A DNA stretch of 64,000 nucleotides from Candidatus Omnitrophota bacterium (GTDB taxonomy: Bacteria > Omnitrophota > Gorgyraeia > Duberdicusellales > 4484-171), in assembly GCA_043820815.1 (NCBI GenBank), contig JBDRDJ010000005.1, positions 172,734-236,733 of the forward strand. The letters run 5' to 3'. Below the pieces are notes generated by a model. The model made no database searches. It was given only the letters and a program-made list of their open reading frames with translations, and was not told the DNA's origin. Every line of letters starts with the position of its first letter. Position 1 is the stretch's first letter. The position numbers were made by a program, and so were the translations under genes. Shown here piece after piece: positions 56,914 through 64,000 of this stretch.

Positions 56914-57876
56914 TCACTGATATTGAGAGAGGCGTTTTATGCGCTTAAGCATATTCGGATGTGTGCTTAAAATCTCAAGAAACTTATCGCTTGTTTTTAA
57001 ATTCAACTTTGCCTGGCGCAGGGCCAAAAGCTCTGACGCATCAATAGTCCCGCTTCTGTCAATATCAACCTGGCTTAATTCTTTAAACTCAGCCATTGCC
57101 CTTGAGGGGTCATTTACAAAAAACGCCTTCAACCCTTCGGCATCTTTAATCTCTGATTTAGGAACCCGTGCCGAAGCATACACCAGTTTATACAAAGCGC
57201 TGGCAAACGCCTGCGGCCTGTTGCCTAAAGCGATTGAACCGCTATCGGCAAAATACTCCCTGATACGGGAAGCGTAAAGCACGAGTAAATTGGTAATGAA
57301 GTAAAATAGAAACGCCGCTAAACCAATTAATATGGTATAGCCGCCTCCTTCGCTTCTTCTCCTTCCTGAGCCAAAAAAAACAAAATGAAAAGCCACGCGC
57401 CACAGAAGCATGGGAATTACAGAAAGAAGCGTTATGGTTAAAACATCCCGGTTTTTAAGGTGGCTTATCTCATGGCCTAAAACAGCACGCATTTCATTCT
57501 CATCCAAAAGTTTAAGCAAACTCTCGGTCACACAAACCCTGCCGTCAGCCAAACTTCGGCCAAAAGCAAAAGCATTGGGAATATTTATTTGTGCAATGCC
57601 GATTTTAGGAGTTGGTATTTGCGCACCCCTGGCTAAAGCCTCAACCATATTGTGCAAATTAAAATATTCTTTTTTATCAACATACCTGACACGCATTGAC
57701 CATTCAACGATTTTCGGGCCGATCATGTACTGAATAAACATAATAAAGAAAGCCAAGAAAATATAAAAATAGAAACCGGTTATCCCGATAGCAGTCCCGA
57801 TAACCGTGACAGCCATATAAATAATTCCGAAAAGCACCCCCAGCAATATGTATAATCTCATATGCAGGCTTATCAT
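56914..57876 (-). CDS. htpX: M48 zinc metalloprotease HtpX homolog carrying an EF-hand-like loop
   Basis: HEISHLKNRD zinc motif, 4 TM segments, and a C-terminal THPNMLKRI. DIDRSGTIDASE lies at 57031-57066. ATG 57874-57876 sits behind a GGAGG RBS. Confidence 0.75.
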   Translation of the reverse strand: MISLHMRLYILLGVLFGIIYMAVTVIGTAIGITGFYFYIFLAFFIMFIQYMIGPKIVEWSMRVRYVDKKEYFNLHNMVEALARGAQIPTPKIGIAQINIPNAFAFGRSLADGRVCVTESLLKLLDENEMRAVLGHEISHLKNRDVLTITLLSVIPMLLWRVAFHFVFFGSGRRRSEGGGYTILIGLAAFLFYFITNLLVLYASRIREYFADSGSIALGNRPQAFASALYKLVYASARVPKSEIKDAEGLKAFFVNDPSRAMAEFKELSQVDIDRSGTIDASELLALRQAKLNLKTSDKFLEILSTHPNMLKRIKRLSQYQ

Positions 57877-57919
57877 ACTATTTCCTCCTCTTGTAATTTT
57901 AACAATAGTAATCTGCGTA

Positions 57920-60709
57920 TTAAAAATCAATACCAGCAGGGCCAACCACGACTAACGCATGCTTATCAAGAGTAAAATACTCTCCGGCAACCGCCTGGAC
58001 ATCCTGCCTTGTCACTGAACGCACACCTTCAATATAGCGTGAATATTCATCATAGCCTAAACCGTACAACTCATATAAAGCCAGCAATTCGGCCTGGGAT
58101 GAAAAAGTTTGAAGGTCAACTGCAAAGGAACCGGCAAGGTAATCAGCCGCTTCCTTTAATTCTATATCTGTAATTCCGCCTTCAGCTACTTTTTTTAACT
58201 CTCTCTCTATACCGGCAATCGCCGCCTTGGTTTTATCAGGAGCGCTTCCGATATAAACAGCGTAAAATCCCGGGTATCTTAATCCTTCAACCTTAACCCC
58301 TGATACAGCATACGCCAATGACTCCTTGTCACGAAGATTAGTAAAAAATCTTCCGGAAAATCCCGATAGGACTTGGTTTAAAACATCGAAAGCATAACGG
58401 TTAGAATCCTGAACCGTTATGCCGGGAAATCCATAAAGAATATTTACCTGTTGAGTAGAGCGCACAATATGATTAAATCTCGCCTCAACGGGAAAATCAG
58501 GCTCAGTGCCCGCTAACATTGTATCATCTTTTTCAAGGCTTAAATTACCCAAATAATCTGAAATGCAGCTTACAACTTCATCCTCGTTAACATCTCCGGC
58601 AACGGCAATAACCAAATTAGAGGGATTCATAAACTTTTCAGAAAATTCAACCAGTTCTTTGCGGCCAATGCGGCCGATTGAGCCTTCTGTTCCCAAAATA
58701 TTAAATCCGTAAGAATGGCCGCCGTAAAGAAGGGCTGAAAACCCATCCATGGCGACCTTGACCGGGCTGTCTTTCTGACGGTTTAAAGCATCAAGCGTTA
58801 AATTTCTCACAACTTCAATCTGATCTTGGGGAAAATCAGCATTAACAAGAATATCGGATAATATTTCGAAGAATTCTTTGCTGTAAGCACTTAAGCATCG
58901 CCCCTTTATTCCAAATGTGTTTCTTCCCGAAAAAGGATAAATTATCGCAGCTATGCGTTCTATATCCATAGCCAGCTCAGCCTGGTTTCTGCCTGCTGTC
59001 CCGCGGGCGAGCATTTGACTTGTAAAATTGCTTATACCGTTTAGCTCTCTTGACTCAACCAAAAGGCCTCCCAGATAAGCCGCGGTAACCGCAAAAGTTT
59101 CTACACTTTTATCGCGGCGCACAAGAAGAGTCATCCCGTTTCTATAAACAACTTTTGTTACATTGTTTTTAGAATCATAATTACGGGATATAATAGCCGG
59201 GTTTTCTTTAGCTAAAACAGGTTTATCTTTAAGATTAAAACTAGATTTTTTTTCGATGGCAGGCTGAATCGAACCCGTTTCTAAAGTTTTAGCGTTGGAC
59301 CGGGCGCTTTCGAAACTTTTATTATTTATATCAGCTATTTCATCCTCAGAGATTAGCCCCTGCTCATCCTCCGGGTAAAGCACCGTAACGTTAAGGTTTC
59401 CGGGATGAAGGTATTGACGGGCAACGTTAATGATGTCCTCTTTGGTAACCTGCCGGATACGTTTAAGATAAAGATCTTCGGCTTCGGCGCCGCTTGAAAT
59501 CACTTCGAAAAAACCAAGTTCTCTGGCAATGTTTGCATAATCCTCTTTTTCGTAGATAAAATCCGCCTCCAATAAAAGTTTAGCTTTGTTGAGCTCTCCT
59601 TCACCGACAGGCTCATAACAGAGACGGTAAACTTGAGCCAAGATTTCGCCTAAAGCGGCCTTTAAATTATCCGGTTTTAATTCTGCGTCCACGAATCCAA
59701 CTCCGGCATGCTCGGGGGTATAGGGTTCGCACTCTATATCGGTAACAATCTTTTTCTCCTCCCTGAGTATCTGGACAAGCCGGGAGGCCCTGCCGCTTCC
59801 TAAAACAGTAAATAAAATATCTATTGCCGGTGTATCTAAATGCTCGAAAGGAGTGACAGGAAACCCGAGTATTAGATATGTATTATCAAAAGGAGCCCGA
59901 ATTATCTTAACCTGTAGAGTTTTTTGCCGGGGCTCGGGGAGAATCTCTTTCTTAGGGTTAATTTTTCTTTTTATGGGCCCGAAAGCTCTTTGAACTATAT
60001 CCTTTGTTTTCTCCGTATCAATATTTCCCGCAATTACAACTGTCATATTTTGAGGCACGTACCATTTACGGTAGAAGCCTATAACTTGCTCCCGAGAAAT
60101 ATTCTTTATTGTTTCTTCGTAGCCGATTATGGGATGCCTGTAAGGGTGCTGTGAATAGGCGGTTTTGAAGAATTCTTTATACAGAAGGCTTTTAGGGTTA
60201 TCGTTGGAGCGCCGGAATTCTTCCATTATCACTTCGAGCTCGCCGGACAAAAGATTGCTGTCTATGGCGGCCTCGCTCATCATGCTCGCAAGTATTTTTA
60301 CACCAGTTTCTATGCTGTCTTTTGGCATTGTAATATGGTAAACAGTAGTGTCAAGGCTTGTGTAGGCATTAAACTTCCCTCCCGCAGATTCCACAATCCC
60401 GGTAATTTCCCCGGGGGCATATGTAGAGGTTCCCTGGAAAAGCATATGTTCCTGTATGTGCGCAAGGCCGCGGGTTTTTTCATTTTCGTCTTTACTTCCC
60501 ACATGAACCCAAACATTAAGCGCAACTACCGGTGCCGAATCAACAGGCTTAAGGATTACGGTAATTCCGTTATCTAAAGTATATTTTTCAAAAGAATTGA
60601 ATTGGGATTTAGGTTCCATAATTAAAACTCCTTGTTGCTGGTTAACGCCGCAACCGGCAAATAAAACAATGCCGGTAACGACAGCAAAAATAAATGATTT
60701 AATATTCAT
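57920..60709 (-). CDS. fused double M16 (pitrilysin-family) zinc peptidase, lipoprotein
   Basis: Lipobox LFAG|C and the HIQEH inverted zinc motif in the first half. The second half is M16-like without that motif. Confidence 0.8.
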   Translation of the reverse strand: MNIKSFIFAVVTGIVLFAGCGVNQQQGVLIMEPKSQFNSFEKYTLDNGITVILKPVDSAPVVALNVWVHVGSKDENEKTRGLAHIQEHMLFQGTSTYAPGEITGIVESAGGKFNAYTSLDTTVYHITMPKDSIETGVKILASMMSEAAIDSNLLSGELEVIMEEFRRSNDNPKSLLYKEFFKTAYSQHPYRHPIIGYEETIKNISREQVIGFYRKWYVPQNMTVVIAGNIDTEKTKDIVQRAFGPIKRKINPKKEILPEPRQKTLQVKIIRAPFDNTYLILGFPVTPFEHLDTPAIDILFTVLGSGRASRLVQILREEKKIVTDIECEPYTPEHAGVGFVDAELKPDNLKAALGEILAQVYRLCYEPVGEGELNKAKLLLEADFIYEKEDYANIARELGFFEVISSGAEAEDLYLKRIRQVTKEDIINVARQYLHPGNLNVTVLYPEDEQGLISEDEIADINNKSFESARSNAKTLETGSIQPAIEKKSSFNLKDKPVLAKENPAIISRNYDSKNNVTKVVYRNGMTLLVRRDKSVETFAVTAAYLGGLLVESRELNGISNFTSQMLARGTAGRNQAELAMDIERIAAIIYPFSGRNTFGIKGRCLSAYSKEFFEILSDILVNADFPQDQIEVVRNLTLDALNRQKDSPVKVAMDGFSALLYGGHSYGFNILGTEGSIGRIGRKELVEFSEKFMNPSNLVIAVAGDVNEDEVVSCISDYLGNLSLEKDDTMLAGTEPDFPVEARFNHIVRSTQQVNILYGFPGITVQDSNRYAFDVLNQVLSGFSGRFFTNLRDKESLAYAVSGVKVEGLRYPGFYAVYIGSAPDKTKAAIAGIERELKKVAEGGITDIELKEAADYLAGSFAVDLQTFSSQAELLALYELYGLGYDEYSRYIEGVRSVTRQDVQAVAGEYFTLDKHALVVVGPAGIDF

Positions 60710-60771
60710 TTGTACGTGGTTCGTATTCCGCGATTAGTCTGGTGTCTTGGCCTTGAGTTTGGGGTCTTGCA

Positions 60772-61314
60772 TTAACGGAATTCACTCATGTCACCAAGAG
60801 AAACCCTGTTATCAACCGGGGGTTTCTGATTTTCAGGGTATCCAACGCTTATCAAAATATCAATCTTTTTATTCTTCGGGATATTAAGCAACTTTTTTAC
60901 TTCTTTTTCGTTAAACCAGCCTATCCAGCAAGTGCCTAACCCGGCTTCTTCAGCGGTAAGCACAAAATGCTCAATACAAATACCTAAATCAATAAGGCTA
61001 AAACGGACACCCCTTAAATATCCTGCCAATTTTGCGGCATACTTTGACCTCTCCCTGACAACAGCAACGATTACAGGCGCTGCTGCGGCAAAAGAACTAT
61101 TTGAATAAATTCCTGTAAAAACCTTAGAGGATAATCTTTCTTTCATATCCGGGGAATCAACAACAATAAAATGCCAGGGCTGGGAATTGCAAGCTGAAGG
61201 GGCAAGGCGGGCAGCTTCCAGGCAGCGGCTTATAACTTCGCGAGATACGGGTTTGTTGATATATCTGCGGCAGCTTCTTCTGGTTTGCACAAGTTTTAAG
61301 AAATCCATAGGCAT
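60772..61314 (-). CDS. nitroreductase family protein
   Basis: RRSCRRY...PSACNSQPW motifs. Confidence 0.8.
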   Translation of the reverse strand: MPMDFLKLVQTRRSCRRYINKPVSREVISRCLEAARLAPSACNSQPWHFIVVDSPDMKERLSSKVFTGIYSNSSFAAAAPVIVAVVRERSKYAAKLAGYLRGVRFSLIDLGICIEHFVLTAEEAGLGTCWIGWFNEKEVKKLLNIPKNKKIDILISVGYPENQKPPVDNRVSLGDMSEFR

Positions 61315-61387
61315 GCATTATATCAAATATCATTCTTTAATAATATATAAATTAAATGAGGGGTTATAATAGCTGAAGAAGTTTAAT

Positions 61388-61415
61388 TATCGGGGCGGGC
61401 ATGCCCGCCCCCTAC
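61388..61415 (-). repeat. REP-like GTAG-hairpin element, copy 4
   Basis: Plus strand reads tatc-GGGGCGGG-catg-CCCGCCCC-CTAC. Confidence 0.75.
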
Positions 61416-61441
61416 AGGATTATTTTACGTTTTTGGTTTTA

Positions 61442-62512
61442 TTAAACTTCGATTAGTTCATAGTCGAGAGATCCTAATCCTAATTCAGCTGCGTAATCTA
61501 ACTGCCTTATCCCTTCCCTTTGAGGATGGGCTTCTTCAAAAACATCCCTGCCTGCCGCCTTAAGAACTGCATCATAAGATGCCTTATCAATACTTACGGG
61601 GTCATTGGAAGCAAATATCCCAATATCAGGGGCAATCCCGGGATCATCTTTTGCAAGACAATCGCATTCTTTAGTGATTTTTATAACAAAATTTACAAAA
61701 GCTGCTTTTCCCTTTTTCCTGTCAAGCACTGCCTTTGCATATTCGATCATCTTATCAGACATAGTTGCCGCACCCTGACCCCAGTCTATTTCAACGGCGC
61801 CAAAAGGACATGCAGCAATACAACTGGCACAACCAACGCAAAGGCCTGCGTCTATAACCGCAGCCTTTTCAGGTATATAAATGGCCCTTGGCTGGCACAC
61901 TGAAACACAGGCCCCGCACGCAATACATTTATCCTTTAAAATTACCGGAGAAACATCGCAATGCTGGGCGAGCTTGCCCTGGCGTGCTGCACAGCCCATG
62001 CCGACATTTTTTAAAGCGCCCCCGAAAGATGTCATTATATGGCCCTTGAAATGGCTAAGAACTATTAAAGCATCGGCATTGATAAAAACTGAGGATATTT
62101 TTGCCGTTTTGATTAATTTTTGATTAATTTTGATATCAGTAACCATACCCGGCTGGCTGTCTTCGGGAATAATTAAATTTGCACCTGTGCTTTCCGGCAG
62201 GAATCCGTGCTCTCTGGCAAGCGCAAGGTGATCTTTAGAATTTGTCCGCCTTCCTTTATATAAAGTATTCGTGTCGGAAAGAAACGGCTTTGCGCCTTTT
62301 AGGCTCAGGGCATCGGTTACGGCCCTTACAAAGGCGGGTTTAATGTAACCGGTATTGCCAACTTCACCAAAATGCATTTTAACCGCCGCCTTATCATCTT
62401 TTTTAAGGCAGTCGAATACACTGCTTGGTTCTATCAACCGCTTTAAGCCCGAAAGCATTTCTTGAGCATTTTTACCGTCTTTAATTTCCGAAAAGTACAC
62501 TTTGCTTTTCAT
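61442..62512 (-). CDS. DUF362 domain protein with a 2x[4Fe-4S] ferredoxin module
   Basis: CIACGACVSVCQP and CVGCASCIAACPF clusters. The N-terminal DUF362-like region includes KMHFGE. Confidence 0.7.
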   Translation of the reverse strand: MKSKVYFSEIKDGKNAQEMLSGLKRLIEPSSVFDCLKKDDKAAVKMHFGEVGNTGYIKPAFVRAVTDALSLKGAKPFLSDTNTLYKGRRTNSKDHLALAREHGFLPESTGANLIIPEDSQPGMVTDIKINQKLIKTAKISSVFINADALIVLSHFKGHIMTSFGGALKNVGMGCAARQGKLAQHCDVSPVILKDKCIACGACVSVCQPRAIYIPEKAAVIDAGLCVGCASCIAACPFGAVEIDWGQGAATMSDKMIEYAKAVLDRKKGKAAFVNFVIKITKECDCLAKDDPGIAPDIGIFASNDPVSIDKASYDAVLKAAGRDVFEEAHPQREGIRQLDYAAELGLGSLDYELIEV

Positions 62513-62937
62513 AATACTCCCTGGGCTTTATGGTCATTTAATATTTTCCATGGCCATTTTACACATTCCTTTATGCCGGGGAAAAGTACATAATCAGCTT
62601 TGCCGCATAAGACAAAAGTGAAAACTTGAAAGCTGCTGAATAAACCCCTTGCGGCTTTTAAAGTTTTCCCTGAAACAGAAACGTCATCGGCTAAAAGAAT
62701 CCGGCTGCAATCCGCAGGAAAATTTACCCGGCCCGACAAAACCGGGTATTCGGTTTTAGGGCAATTTTGCTCATCTCTATAATTAAATTTAACAATGGAC
62801 ATATCGCATTTTAATTTCCGGGCCAGTAGGGCCGAAACAACAGTACCCCCTTCTGCGATGCCGACAACATAGTTAAAATCCGGCAGTTCAAATGAATCAA
62901 TAGCATTAATAATTGTTTGAAAAGATATTTCTTTCAC
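62509..62937 (-). CDS. small phosphoribosyltransferase-fold protein
   Basis: ILLADDVSVSGKTL is a PRPP-binding type I PRTase motif; 142 aa. Overlaps the downstream gene by 4 nt and abuts the upstream gene. Confidence 0.6.
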   Translation of the reverse strand: MKEISFQTIINAIDSFELPDFNYVVGIAEGGTVVSALLARKLKCDMSIVKFNYRDEQNCPKTEYPVLSGRVNFPADCSRILLADDVSVSGKTLKAARGLFSSFQVFTFVLCGKADYVLFPGIKECVKWPWKILNDHKAQGVL

Positions 62938-63465
62938 TTAAAACTTTCCTCTTAGCTTAGATAAATAGCCATTAAGTAAAGATAAAACAACAATCCCCGT
63001 AAAAGAAACCCTTAATTTAACTGTAATGAATTCAGCTGCCTTGGCGAAGAATTGAGATTTAACCGGTAAATTAAAAAATATCGCTAAAATAAAAACAACA
63101 ATCAAATAACTGATAGGCGCCGCCCAACTGCGAATTTTCTTATTAAGTAAAAAAGATAAAATAAAGGTAAACATGACGAGCTGGAGAGTTATAACGCTTA
63201 CATTCTCAAGAACCGGATGTCCTGTTATAATCCAATTAATCAATGGCGAAAAAATACTTGTAATCAGCGCTGTATTGCGGTTAAACATAATCAAAGCGAT
63301 TACGGGAGCGTAAAACATAGGCACAAGGTAAGCACCGAGAGGAATATCTGAATACCAGGGCATAATATGCACCGCGAAAGGAAATATAACCGAGATGGCG
63401 ATACACAGGGTTGCTTCTTTAAGACGTATGGCTGCCGCAGATTTATCGGCATTGATTATATTCAT
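62938..63465 (-). CDS. small polytopic membrane protein, ECF-transporter S-component-like
   Basis: 175 aa with 5-6 predicted TM helices. The pattern resembles ECF substrate-capture subunits; specificity is unknown. Confidence 0.4.
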   Translation of the reverse strand: MNIINADKSAAAIRLKEATLCIAISVIFPFAVHIMPWYSDIPLGAYLVPMFYAPVIALIMFNRNTALITSIFSPLINWIITGHPVLENVSVITLQLVMFTFILSFLLNKKIRSWAAPISYLIVVFILAIFFNLPVKSQFFAKAAEFITVKLRVSFTGIVVLSLLNGYLSKLRGKF

Positions 63466-63576
63466 GGCTTTCCCCTTTTTAATATTCCTGCTAATGCAAA
63501 AATTAGACGCCTAATACATTCTTTATAAAATTAACCTCCCTTCAAAAGGCCGCAGAGGTATTGTGCCAAAAAGAAT

Positions 63577-63617
63577 AAAAAAACGGGGTGGCAAAGCTTT
63601 GGAAACTTATCCACCCC
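63577..63617 (-). terminator. intrinsic terminator inside the leader of the membrane/PRTase/DUF362 operon
   Basis: Minus strand reads GGGGTGG-19 nt-CCACCCC followed by G and T7. Confidence 0.6.
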
Positions 63618-63636
63618 ATTCTTGTTAACGGACAGT

Positions 63637-63720
63637 TTAACGTCTTGCCCGGGACATTTTACTGCAGCCCTCTGTGCAATGACGAACCGGCTGCAGCATG
63701 TATTTAATTGATACTGACAT
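63637..63720 (-). CDS. 27-aa micro-ORF; could be a leader peptide, a small protein, or incidental
   Basis: Own translation gives MSVSIKYMLQPVRHCTEGCSKMSRARR*. A GGAGG RBS (63727-63731) lies 6 nt before the ATG. The terminator starts 20 nt after the stop. Below the ORF-track size cutoff. Confidence 0.35.
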   Translation of the reverse strand: MSVSIKYMLQPVRHCTEGCSKMSRARR

Positions 63721-63745
63721 ACTACACCTCCATTTGTTTAATTAA

Positions 63746-63774
63746 AGGATACCATAATAGTATCATTCTGTCAA
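63746..63774 (-). promoter_or_regulatory. predicted promoter of the leader/micro-ORF unit
   Basis: Minus strand reads TTGACA (63769-63774), a 17-nt spacer, then TGg-TATCCT (extended -10, 63746-63754). Confidence 0.4.
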
Positions 63775-63789
63775 GATTAATTTAATGCT

Positions 63790-64000
63790 CTACTGGCCTT
63801 GCGTTTTATTTCCGTATGTTTCTTCTTCAAAGTGAATTGCCTGATAAGTTTCCACTCTTAGCTGTTTATAATTTGTTTTCCAGAAATCACCGGGCGCGCC
63901 GTGCTTCTGGCACAAATGCGTCAAGAACTGTTCTTTGTCAGGCAGCTGCTCCCAAACCTGAGGAAGATAAGTAGATGAACCATAAGAAGTATACAAAATT
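63790..64000 (-). CDS. C-terminal ~70 aa of an unidentified protein; the frame is open to the window edge
   Basis: The frame stays open through 63997-63999. ...LTHLCQKHGAPGDFWKTNYKQLRVETYQAIHFEEE...; family not recognised. Confidence 0.4.
   Translation of the reverse strand, partial: ILYTSYGSSTYLPQVWEQLPDKEQFLTHLCQKHGAPGDFWKTNYKQLRVETYQAIHFEEETYGNKTQGQ

Noticed and set aside
1718-57945. Long N-terminal extensions given by the ORF track for pilins (1834, 2655), pilB (5559), receiver (6308), acpP, fabD, recG (30591), nrdR (34022), ldcA (52354), htpX (57945) and thyX.
   Set aside because: Internal ATGs sit behind GGAGG-type RBSs and restore canonical N-termini, such as prepilin signals or MRCPYC of NrdR. 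The extensions overlap upstream genes or, for nrdR, a REP hairpin.
698-60525. Same-strand alternative-frame ORFs nested in larger genes: 698-940, 10712-10894, 11053-11307, 26802-26993, 34183-34386, 35836-36030, 43253-43465, 44903-45124, 51811-52026 and 60310-60525.
   Set aside because: They are fully contained in, or overlap, well-supported genes in another frame. They show no motifs and have odd composition.
60735-60771. A further heptamer array (tctggtg tcttggc cttgagt ttggggt cttgcat) upstream of the M16 peptidase gene. A similar impression arose at 40829-40880 and 1128-1186.
   Set aside because: Spacing of the recurring TTG is 6, 6 and 8 nt rather than a strict 7, and the units are too divergent. 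This cannot be distinguished from chance by eye.
61306-61322. A leaderless mRNA for the nitroreductase gene, with TATAAT at 61317-61322 only 2 nt from the first ATG and 8 nt from the second.
   Set aside because: There is a single -10-like hexamer without a convincing -35. The idea is plausible but unsupported without 5'-end data.
375-61903. All plus-strand ORFs in the track, for example 6455-6970, 14871-15344, 15403-15831, 23503-24078, 26251-26712 and 53607-54170.
   Set aside because: Each lies antisense to a longer minus-strand gene that has clear family motifs. Their translations are low-complexity and rich in Ser/Leu/Ile/Phe, which is typical of shadow frames. None has an RBS or a recognisable domain.
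63466-63790. Calling the leader a known riboswitch class (purine/xpt-type or preQ1) because of the downstream transporter-like and PRTase genes.
   Set aside because: No match to the purine junction or loop consensus, or to the preQ1-I core. It is kept only as an unclassified leader in the findings.

Overview
AT-rich bacterial chromosomal window, lineage not assignable by eye. It holds about 66 credible protein genes, and every one is on the minus strand. All plus-strand ORFs in the track look like antisense shadows. I found no rRNA, tRNA, CRISPR array, transposase, integrase or phage genes.

Gene order, read along the minus strand from high to low coordinates:
- a leader with a micro-ORF, then an ECF-S-like membrane protein / small PRTase / DUF362 Fe-S operon
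- nitroreductase
- fused M16 peptidase, HtpX (carrying an EF-hand loop) and an orphan GspF-like protein
- PAS kinase plus receiver, pfkA, ldcA, rubrerythrin
- tandem-domain thyX and a CheC-like gene
- a purine block: purB, purS-S-L, purQ, purM, purD, purE
- tsaC::LMW-PTP, rpiB, glyA, dCMP deaminase, nrdR
- BFN nuclease, cca, macro-like::NUDIX, recG, rsmD, coaD
- yceD-rpmF-plsX-fabHDG-acpP-fabF
- a small accessory islet (HEPN/MNT pair, decayed ORFs, a GC-rich patch)
- leuCDB-asd
- a four-gene operon: SRPBCC / acyl-ACP-reductase-like / alpha-oxoamine synthase / PilZ::formyltransferase
- directly downstream, a multi-TM GAF kinase, a hybrid kinase with a degenerate GGDEF module and two receivers
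- a type IV pilus / T2SS-like locus: pilB with MshEN-like N-terminus, pilC, three prepilins, a PilX-like protein fused to a discoidin domain, and pilM

The best candidate for an undescribed system is that four-gene operon coupled to the sensor kinases and pilus genes. It could be a small-molecule signal synthase/sensor module with c-di-GMP inputs.

The non-coding DNA carries three repeat types:
- four GTAG-hairpin REP-like elements whose stems co-vary
- an AT-rich heptad-periodic element family sharing an AGATTTAAATCT core
- degenerate tandem heptamer arrays, one of them inside the purQ reading frame

All protein family calls come from motif recognition by eye. No database search or computation was run.
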